Source of the DNA: Vulcanimicrobiaceae bacterium | GTDB taxonomy: Bacteria > Vulcanimicrobiota > Vulcanimicrobiia > Vulcanimicrobiales > Vulcanimicrobiaceae | DNA length: 64,000 nt | Reading direction: 5' to 3' | NCBI GenBank assembly: GCA_035694945.1 | Contig: DASSEZ010000029.1 | Coordinates: forward strand, 44,088-108,087 | Part shown: positions 44,492 through 51,561 of the stretch, piece after piece | How positions within the stretch are numbered: position 1 is the first letter of the stretch | Layout of the letters: every line of letters begins with the position of its first letter | Translations under genes and position numbers: made by a program | Notes under the pieces: generated by a model | The model's database searches: none | Told to the model about the DNA's origin: nothing | Seen by the model: only the letters and a program-made list of their open reading frames with translations

Positions 44492-46540
44492 TTATGTACC
44501 CTGCGCCTGCCGCCGTGTTACACCGTCCGGATGCGCTTCGCTCTCCGGGCTGTCGGTGTAGTCGAGATAGATGAGGCCCAGGAAGATTTCGAGCGCGATG
44601 GCGTGCATGCCGTGCGCGTTCGCGACGTCGACGACGCTGCGATGCGTCTCGTGCGATTCACGGATGATCGCCTGCGGAGTCGTTTTCGTGTCCGCCGCGA
44701 TAATTGACGCCGCCGTCAGTTCGCCGGGCGTGACGTTGTCGTGCAGCATGTCGATGTAGCTGAGATCGTCCACGTTCCAGCGCACGTTGATCGCTTTTTG
44801 CAGCGTGGCGTAACGCTGGGGCGACGTGCCGACCCCGAGCTGGGTGATGCGCGCCGCGAGCTGCCGCGAGCGTGCCATGTTGTACAACTGATCCGCTTGC
44901 GAGGCGGACACGGCGGCCTGGCCGAGCGACTGCTGTGCCTTCTGCATGTACGGCACGAGCGCTTCGTAATCGAACTTGTTGATGTCGTTGAAGTAGTTGA
45001 TGTTGACTTGCTGCAGACGCTTGATGAACGCGTCCAGATCGCCCAGGCCGTCGTCGAGCTGCATCGCCGATGCGCGCCCGGCGTCGACCGCGCGTTCCAT
45101 GTCGCTGTCCGCACTCGTGAGCTCGGACAGCATTTGCGGATACGAAGGCAGCAGCGCGAGCGTGTCCGACGGAACGGGCTTCATGCGCAGCGGCTGCTGC
45201 ATCTGCGAGAGAATGTCCGCGTTCTCTTTGAGCAGCCCGCTCGGCGTGTTCGTCCGCGGGTCCAGCGTGCCGACGCCGTCGATCGACTGCGTCGCATCTT
45301 CGAGCGCGCTGTTGATGGAGCGCGCCATGCCGTTCAAACTGCGTTCGACCGCGTCCAGACGCGAGCCCGGCTTGACTTCGATGCGGCTGAAGTCCGGCAG
45401 TTCATATTCGATCGTTTGCAAACGGTTTTGCAGCGATTTGAGTTGGTTGTGTCCTTGATCGTGGCGCGCGGCAATCTGGGCCGCGGCTTGCGACTGCACG
45501 CCCTGCGCCTGTTTGAGTTGATCGTTGAGCGACGCGAGATTGGGCCGCGTGAGATCGACGCGGTGTGTTTCCATCTGGCGCAGCGCTTCGATACGTTCTT
45601 GCGCGGCCGCTTTGACCTGCGGTGAGGAGCTCTGCGCGAGTTCGCCCAGCGTTTGTTCGCTCTTGCTGGTCAACCCCAATGCGAGTTGCGTCTGTCCGAG
45701 CGCCAGCATCGCTTGTTGATTGCCGGGCTCCTTTTTCAACAGATCGTTCAGTTCGGCATTGGCGACGTTATAGCGCGCCTCGTCGAGATCGTGCAGTGCC
45801 CATACGAGTTTTTGCTGCTGGTTCGTCTTGGTGGGATCGAGTTCCGGATAGCCGAGCAGATGCGCGACGCGCTGCGAGCCGCCCGGATGATCTTGAAAAT
45901 ACTTGGTGACCAGATCGTTGTGCTCGCCGTCGACGGCAACCAGATGCTGCTGCATGCTGAGCATCGCTTCCGGATCGTAGCCCGCGCGCGACATCAGCAA
46001 GAGGCCATAGCGATCCGCTTGCAGTTCGTCGACGCGCGACATCTTCGCCATCGCGCCGGCCTGCAGCAGATTGCCGAAATTGTAGATGAATGGCGAGAAC
46101 ATCGACGCAACGCCGAGCAGCAAACTGAGGATATTCGATTTCGTCTGCATCGTGACGGCGTGCCGGCGCTCGATGTGACCGGTTTCGTGTCCGACTACCC
46201 CGGCCAGTTCGTCGTCGGACTGCACGAAGTCCAGAAGGCCTTCGTTCACGTAAAGGTAGCCGCCCATCGTGGAAAACGCGTTGATGTCGTTCTCTTTGAT
46301 GATCTTGACGTTGTAGGGCACGTCTTTACGCGCGGTTTCGGTCCAGAGCTTCTGCGAGACGCTCTGCACCCATTGATTGAGCAGCGGATCGTTCTCGATC
46401 ACGTTGGTGGAGACGATCTGCTGATCGTACGCGCGGCCCATCTCGATCTCGCCTTGCGTGGAAAGCGCAAGCGCGGGTGACGGGCACATGGCACCGAGAA
46501 ATGAAACGATGACGGCGATCGGGATGATGCGGCGGAGCAT
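44492..46540 (-). CDS. Secreted M48-family Zn-metallopeptidase with TPR and a long coiled-coil extension
   Basis: It has a signal peptide, the HExxH motif (VVGHETGHIERRH) and ELQADRYG. TPR-like and heptad-rich sequence extends it to 682 aa. Confidence 0.8.
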   Translation of the reverse strand: MLRRIIPIAVIVSFLGAMCPSPALALSTQGEIEMGRAYDQQIVSTNVIENDPLLNQWVQSVSQKLWTETARKDVPYNVKIIKENDINAFSTMGGYLYVNEGLLDFVQSDDELAGVVGHETGHIERRHAVTMQTKSNILSLLLGVASMFSPFIYNFGNLLQAGAMAKMSRVDELQADRYGLLLMSRAGYDPEAMLSMQQHLVAVDGEHNDLVTKYFQDHPGGSQRVAHLLGYPELDPTKTNQQQKLVWALHDLDEARYNVANAELNDLLKKEPGNQQAMLALGQTQLALGLTSKSEQTLGELAQSSSPQVKAAAQERIEALRQMETHRVDLTRPNLASLNDQLKQAQGVQSQAAAQIAARHDQGHNQLKSLQNRLQTIEYELPDFSRIEVKPGSRLDAVERSLNGMARSINSALEDATQSIDGVGTLDPRTNTPSGLLKENADILSQMQQPLRMKPVPSDTLALLPSYPQMLSELTSADSDMERAVDAGRASAMQLDDGLGDLDAFIKRLQQVNINYFNDINKFDYEALVPYMQKAQQSLGQAAVSASQADQLYNMARSRQLAARITQLGVGTSPQRYATLQKAINVRWNVDDLSYIDMLHDNVTPGELTAASIIAADTKTTPQAIIRESHETHRSVVDVANAHGMHAIALEIFLGLIYLDYTDSPESEAHPDGVTRRQAQGT

Positions 46541-46733
46541 AGACGTATCTTCCTCTACCCGCGGCGGCGGGCGGATGTTCCAGGACCTGGCACTCCAAGA
46601 ACGCTGCGAACCGGTCCTGCGTTACCAAGGGTCCTTGGGAGAATTTTGTGCACGATATGTGGATAAACACAAGAACTTGTGAGCGGTCTGTGGAGGCCGC
46701 AGGGCCCACGCGCCGCCGTGAGAACCGGCCGCG

Positions 46734-47579
46734 GTGATGGCGGTGTTGCGCGGTAAGGGCCTTGGCCTGGAAATAGCGTTGGGAGGACGCGATTTCGAGG
46801 AAGCCCTTGCCGAACTGCAGAGCAAGCTCGGCGAGCGTCCCGGATTTTATGCCGGAACGCCGGCCACCGCTGCGCTAGGACGCACGAGTCTTTCACACGA
46901 GCAGCTCGGGCGTTTGCGCGGCGTCTTGCACGACCATGGTATCGCATTGGAGGCACTGTCCGGCGGTCTTGACCTTGAACCGCTCGCGACGGGAGCCGGG
47001 TTGCGATTCGTGGCGCTCGACGACGGTGGTGAAGAGCTTGCGCGGCGCCGTGCGCTGCGTCCGAAACGCGAGGTTCAACTTTCGGACGCAGCGCGCTCGC
47101 TGGTCGCCGATTTTGCGGGCGCGCGCGCCGACATCGCCGACCGGCGGCGGCGTGGCGAAGAAAGCGTGCGACGTGCCATCTTTGCAATGCCGCAGCCCGC
47201 ATCCGCGAACGGCGCGTTACAAGCGCCGCCGCAGACGGCGTTGCCCGAAACGCTGTATCACGCCGGTACCCTGCGAGGCGGGCAAGCGCTGCAGCATGTC
47301 GGCAACATCGTCGTCATCGGCGACGTGAATCCGGGCGCCGAACTCATTGCGAGCGGCAACATCGCGGTGTTCGGCGCGCTGCGCGGCGTTGCACACGCCG
47401 GCGCGCAGGGCGATGCGTCAGCACGCGTACATGCAATCGAACTCGCACCCACGCAACTGCGCATCGCAACGTTCATCGCGGCCGACGCGGGAGATCGCGC
47501 ACAAACGCCGATATATCCGGAAACGGCGTGCGTGCAAAACGATCGCATCGTCATCTTTCCAAGGGAGAAAGCACCGTGA
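46734..47579 (+). CDS. minC: Septum site-determining protein MinC
   Basis: The C-terminal beta-helix is GGQALQHVGNIVVIGDVNPGAELIASGNIAVFGALRGVAHAG. It lies upstream of minD. Confidence 0.85.
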   Translation: MMAVLRGKGLGLEIALGGRDFEEALAELQSKLGERPGFYAGTPATAALGRTSLSHEQLGRLRGVLHDHGIALEALSGGLDLEPLATGAGLRFVALDDGGEELARRRALRPKREVQLSDAARSLVADFAGARADIADRRRRGEESVRRAIFAMPQPASANGALQAPPQTALPETLYHAGTLRGGQALQHVGNIVVIGDVNPGAELIASGNIAVFGALRGVAHAGAQGDASARVHAIELAPTQLRIATFIAADAGDRAQTPIYPETACVQNDRIVIFPREKAP

Positions 47580-48367
47580 GCGCTCGCAAGATCGTTTTTA
47601 CTTCCGGCAAGGGCGGCGTTGGTAAAACGACGACCACGGTGAACGTCGGCGCGGCGCTCGCCAAGCGCGGACATCGCGTCATTCTCGTCGACGCGGACAT
47701 CGGGCTGCGCAATCTGGATCTCGTGCTCGGTTTGGAAAAACGCATCGTGTTCGATTTGGTTGAGGTGGTGGAAGGGCGCTGCCAATTGCGTCAGGCGCTC
47801 ATCAAAGACAAGCGATTCGAATCGCTTTCCATTCTGCCGGCTGCCCAGACGCGCGACAAAGACGCGGTCACCGAAGAACAGATGGCGGGCGTGATGGACG
47901 AACTTGCCGCGATGTGCGACTACGTGCTCATCGACTGCCCAGCCGGTATCGAAGCGGGCTTTCGCAATGCGGTTGCCGGTGCGAGCGAAGCGGTGGTGGT
48001 AACGACGCCCGAGGTCAGCGCCATTCGTGACGCCGATCGCGTCATCGGCAAAGTTGGCGAGCGCAAACTGCCGGTGCGGCTCATCATCAACCGCATCCGT
48101 CCCGACATGGTGCGCTCGGGCGACATGCTCTCGGTCGACGACGTGTGCGAGATTCTCTCGGCGGAGCTGCTCGGCATCGTGCCCGACGACGAAGAGATCA
48201 TCGACACGACGAACAAAGGCGAACCCGTCGTGCTCGGCGAGACCAATCGTCTGCGCGTGATTTACGACAAGATTGCCCGCCGCTTGGAAGGCGAGCTCGT
48301 ACCGTTTACCAATTTGGACAACACCGGATTCTTCGGGCGTCTCTTGGGCGCATTGAAAGCAGGCTAA
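47576..48367 (+). CDS. minD: Septum site-determining ATPase MinD
   Basis: The GTG start overlaps the minC stop. It has the deviant Walker A (SGKGGVGKTT), VLIDCPAGIE and a C-terminal amphipathic helix (GFFGRLLGALKAG). Confidence 0.95.
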   Translation: MSARKIVFTSGKGGVGKTTTTVNVGAALAKRGHRVILVDADIGLRNLDLVLGLEKRIVFDLVEVVEGRCQLRQALIKDKRFESLSILPAAQTRDKDAVTEEQMAGVMDELAAMCDYVLIDCPAGIEAGFRNAVAGASEAVVVTTPEVSAIRDADRVIGKVGERKLPVRLIINRIRPDMVRSGDMLSVDDVCEILSAELLGIVPDDEEIIDTTNKGEPVVLGETNRLRVIYDKIARRLEGELVPFTNLDNTGFFGRLLGALKAG

Positions 48368-48372
48368 CCACG

Positions 48373-49233
48373 ATGCACGTCCTTCGTCAGGCTCAGGATG
48401 ACAATGAGCCGAACTCCGCTTCCGCTGCGGCTTCCGTGAAACTCGGTCGCGCGATCGTCATTACGTCGGGAAAAGGCGGCGTCGGCAAGACGACGACGAC
48501 GGCGAATCTGGGAACGGCGCTCGCCAAGCGCGGCGCAAGCGTGGTCCTGGTCGACGCGGACGTGGGCCTGCGCAATCTGGACATCGTCATGGGTTTGGAG
48601 AGCCGTGTGAAGCATCACGTGCTCGACGTGCTCGAAGAAAAGGCCACGCTCGACGATGCGCTCGTGCGCGACAAACACTCACCGAAACTGCAGTTGCTTG
48701 CCGCGGCGCAGACTCGTGAAAAGGACGACGTCGACACCGAAAAGATGCGCGCGCTGGTCGAATCGCTGCGCGAGCGCTTCGATTACGTGCTCATCGACTG
48801 CCCGGCCGGCATCGAAAAAGGCTTTAAGAACGCCGTCGTCGGCGCGCAGGAAGCGATCGTCGTGTGCACGCCGGAAGTCTCCGCCGTGCGTGACGTCGAT
48901 CGCGTCGTCGGCTTGCTGGGCAACCAGTTCTCGCCGCAGCTCATCATCAACCGCGTGCGTCCGCAACTCGTCAAAAAGGGCAAGATGCTCTCGGTCGACG
49001 ACGTGAACTCGATTCTGCGCTTACCGCTGCTCGGCGTCATCGCGGACGAGCCCGACGTCATCGTCTCGACGAACAAAGGCGAGCCGCTCGCGCTGCGCAG
49101 CGATACGGCGACGGCTGCCGCGTATCACGCCATCGCTGCACGCGTCGCGGGCGAAGACGTGCCGGCGCCGACGGTTGAATACAAAGAATCGTTCATGTCG
49201 AAATTGGGATCGTTCTTCGGAGGCGGCCGCTAA
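48373..49233 (+). CDS. Second MinD paralog
   Basis: It contains SGKGGVGKTT, VLIDCPAGIEKG and a C-terminal amphipathic helix (FMSKLGSFFGG). Its identity to the upstream MinD is clearly below 100 percent. The N-terminal 21 aa (MHVLRQAQDDNEPNSASAAAS) come from the dispersed motif; GTG 48436 is an alternative start. Confidence 0.85.
   Translation: MHVLRQAQDDNEPNSASAAASVKLGRAIVITSGKGGVGKTTTTANLGTALAKRGASVVLVDADVGLRNLDIVMGLESRVKHHVLDVLEEKATLDDALVRDKHSPKLQLLAAAQTREKDDVDTEKMRALVESLRERFDYVLIDCPAGIEKGFKNAVVGAQEAIVVCTPEVSAVRDVDRVVGLLGNQFSPQLIINRVRPQLVKKGKMLSVDDVNSILRLPLLGVIADEPDVIVSTNKGEPLALRSDTATAAAYHAIAARVAGEDVPAPTVEYKESFMSKLGSFFGGGR
48378..48402. repeat. Dispersed motif copy at the 5' end of the second minD
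   Basis: The reverse complement of cgtccttcgtcaggctcaggatgac is GTCATCCTGAGCCTGACGAAGGACG. Confidence 0.6.
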
Positions 49234-49235
49234 CG

Positions 49236-49694
49236 ATGATCGAGTTTTTCAACAAAATCTTCGGGCGCCAGGCGTCCGGAGCAACGGCGAAAGAGCGCCT
49301 GCGCTTGGTGCTCATGTCCGACCATCTCTCGCTTGCGCCCGACATGATCGAGGCGATGAAGCGCGATCTGGTCGACGTCATTTCGAAATACGTCGAAGTG
49401 GATCGCGAGAAGATCGACGTGCATTTCGAGCACGAAGATCGCGGCCTTGCGATGCTCGCGAATATTCCGATCACCGGCGTGAACCGAAACGGCGGCAACG
49501 GCTCGGGCGGCAATGGCCACAGCGAGGACGCCGAACCGGTGACGACGCACGACGAGCACCACGCGGAGACGGTTGAAGCGCATGCGGCAACCGGCGATGC
49601 GTCCACCGAACCACGCCGCCGCCGCAAACGCCGCAAAGGCGGTCAACACCACGGTGGTGCTCCGCAAACCGGGTCACCCGCTCCCGCGACCTAA
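49236..49694 (+). CDS. minE: Cell division topological specificity factor MinE with an extended tail
   Basis: It contains FFNKIFGRQASGATAKERLRLVLMSDH and DLVDVISKYVEVD, the MinE core. A further about 70 aa of G/N/H/E/R-rich extension follows. Confidence 0.85.
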   Translation: MIEFFNKIFGRQASGATAKERLRLVLMSDHLSLAPDMIEAMKRDLVDVISKYVEVDREKIDVHFEHEDRGLAMLANIPITGVNRNGGNGSGGNGHSEDAEPVTTHDEHHAETVEAHAATGDASTEPRRRRKRRKGGQHHGGAPQTGSPAPAT

Positions 49695-49697
49695 AGT

Positions 49698-49740
49698 GTC
49701 ATGCTGAGGAATCGACCGGAAAAGTAATCGAGATCTCAGC
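49698..49740. repeat. Degenerate dispersed-motif copy / small inverted repeat at the left edge of the island
   Basis: gtcatgctgaggaatcgaccgg resembles the GTCATCCTGAGC motif. gctgag (49703-49708) pairs with ctcagc (49735-49740). Confidence 0.4.
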
Positions 49741-49779
49741 CGCGTAGGTACGAGCGCACCACTCATGAATCGTTAGTCA

Positions 49780-50697
49780 GTGGAGTTTCGTGTCGCGGCT
49801 ACCGACAGTGAGTGGTTTTCCTATTTTCGCGCACACCGAGAGCTTTCGGAGCTCAATTTTTGGCGTCCGGGCAGAGCCCGAAGCCGCGTGGACCCCGGTG
49901 TACCATGGGTTTTTGTACTTCGGTCAACAAATATCGTAGTCGGGTACGCATATGTCGAAGTCTGTTACGATTTGCCCCTGTGGCTAGCGTGGGATGCATT
50001 TGGCAATTCCAACGGTTGCGACACGCGCGAACAATTTTTTGAAATGGTTGCCGCGTATCGACGTGGTGAAAAACTGACGTCAGAAACGCAGATAGGGTGC
50101 GTGGGACTCGTTTCGCCCACATACTTCGATCAACCGATTGATTTGGAACCCTTCCAGGGTGACTGGTCTCTACCGAGGCAGAACCCGGTAAAGAGATACG
50201 ATTCCCTTACGCCGGCTGGCGCCGCCTTGTGGATGCGGTTGCAAGCGCAAACCGCTGCGGTACAATCCGTTTCGTTGTCGCCTCAAGCGTCACTGCCTGG
50301 GGGACAGGTGCAACGAAACGTAATGGTTCGCTTAGGACAAGGTGGATTTCGAACAAGAGTGATCGAGACGTACGATAAGCGCTGTGCCGTGACCGGCGAA
50401 AGGTCGTTGCCTGCACTTGAGGCAGCTCATATCAAACCCTTTACACTAACAATGGAGCACAGCGTATCCAATGGCTTGCTAATGCGGGCGGATATCCATA
50501 AGCTTTTTGACAAAGGCTACGTAACCGTTCGCCCAGACGCGACGTTTCGCGTCTCCCGCAGTTTACGCGATGATTTCTCGAACGGGCGCATATACTATGA
50601 ACTTGACGGCCTAACGATTCGTGAGCCGAACGATCCGGCCGATCGTCCACTGAAAGATTATTTAGACTGGCATTACTCGACAGTCTTCAAGGGATAA
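49780..50697 (+). CDS. HNH (HNH_2-type) endonuclease with an uncharacterised about 160-aa N-terminal domain
   Basis: The C-terminal CAVTGERSLPALEAAHIKPF...NGLLMRADIHKLFDKGYVTV is the HNH_2 signature of predicted restriction endonucleases. The start is GTG. GC is about 52-54 percent, against about 64 percent in flanking genes (hand count of 200-nt samples). Confidence 0.8.
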   Translation: MEFRVAATDSEWFSYFRAHRELSELNFWRPGRARSRVDPGVPWVFVLRSTNIVVGYAYVEVCYDLPLWLAWDAFGNSNGCDTREQFFEMVAAYRRGEKLTSETQIGCVGLVSPTYFDQPIDLEPFQGDWSLPRQNPVKRYDSLTPAGAALWMRLQAQTAAVQSVSLSPQASLPGGQVQRNVMVRLGQGGFRTRVIETYDKRCAVTGERSLPALEAAHIKPFTLTMEHSVSNGLLMRADIHKLFDKGYVTVRPDATFRVSRSLRDDFSNGRIYYELDGLTIREPNDPADRPLKDYLDWHYSTVFKG

Positions 50698-50760
50698 TTT
50701 TCAATTTGGCTACGTGGGCTTGCGAACACCATGCGGGAAGGGTTAATAGTCGGCGCCGCG

Positions 50761-51240
50761 CTAGTCTTCGAGCTCGCGCAGTTCTTCGAATTGCCGGCTG
50801 AGCAATCGCAAGCGCGACTTCGTCAGATGAATTTTTCGCGAACGCTGCGAACGCGGGCGCGCTACGCCGCCGTCGAGCGGCACGTTGAAATAGAGTTTGA
50901 ACGGCGGCATCGAACTGAACGCCATGAATTCTTCGGGCGTGTAGCAGTCGAAGCGCCAGTCCTCGCCCCGCTGGTACGCAACCACAAAACGGAAATGTTC
51001 GGGATCCTTAGCGGCAGCCGCCCATTCCGTCAGCGTGGCCGCGCCGAAACAATGCGTCCGCGCGGCGGTGAACTTCACTTCAAATAGCCACCGATGGCCA
51101 TCTTTGCTCGCAGCGACATCCGCCGGCGTGGCAGTCACGCGGGCGTCGGCATACCCATGAGCGAGCAGCCACTCGCAAAAGGCTGCTTTGGCTTCCACGT
51201 CGCTTCGGGCGTTGCCGGTTGTCTCGGACGCTTGCTCCAC
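50761..51240 (-). CDS. PD-(D/E)xK-like (DUF3883-like) protein
   Basis: It contains ASKDGHRWLFEVKFT (D ... E-x-K), followed by LTEWAAAAKDPEHFRFVVAY. This is the pattern I associate with DUF3883 restriction-endonuclease-like domains. The GTG start has a weak RBS. Confidence 0.5.
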   Translation of the reverse strand: MEQASETTGNARSDVEAKAAFCEWLLAHGYADARVTATPADVAASKDGHRWLFEVKFTAARTHCFGAATLTEWAAAAKDPEHFRFVVAYQRGEDWRFDCYTPEEFMAFSSMPPFKLYFNVPLDGGVARPRSQRSRKIHLTKSRLRLLSRQFEELRELED

Positions 51241-51300
51241 CCTACGGAGGACTAGGTCGCGGGATTAGCGAGATCCTGGATCCCTTTCGGAGGACTGGCC

Positions 51301-51513
51301 ATGAAATTAGCGGGCAGCGTGTTCGACTTCGGCGATCAGCCCGTCAGCGAGCACCTTCGAGACATAGCAGCCGAATTGGAAGAGCAGGCGTTCCTGAGCG
51401 GGGAAGACGATGCGGACATTTCGCGCGGGTATCGGCCGTTTTACGATCTCTCGACGCTCCTCGGGCGCGTGGCCGAGGACGTGCAAAAGTTGGAAGAATT
51501 CGGCCGCAAGTGA
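51301..51513 (+). CDS. 70-aa acidic hypothetical protein
   Basis: GGAGGA lies 6-8 nt upstream of the ATG. It is divergent from the PD-(D/E)xK-like gene. I recognise no domain. Confidence 0.35.
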   Translation: MKLAGSVFDFGDQPVSEHLRDIAAELEEQAFLSGEDDADISRGYRPFYDLSTLLGRVAEDVQKLEEFGRK

Positions 51514-51561
51514 CGCTCGCTTGAAAGGGGCTAACGTCCCGGCCTGCCGATAATCCCACAG

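Noticed and set aside
46658-46666. A perfect DnaA-box 9-mer (TGTGGATAA, the reverse complement of TTATCCACA) in the AT-richer M48/minC divergent spacer, as a possible replication origin.
   Set aside because: It is a single box with no AT-rich unwinding element and no clustered boxes. dnaA and dnaN are not nearby. It is more likely part of a promoter or a chance occurrence, though DnaA-dependent regulation of minC cannot be excluded.
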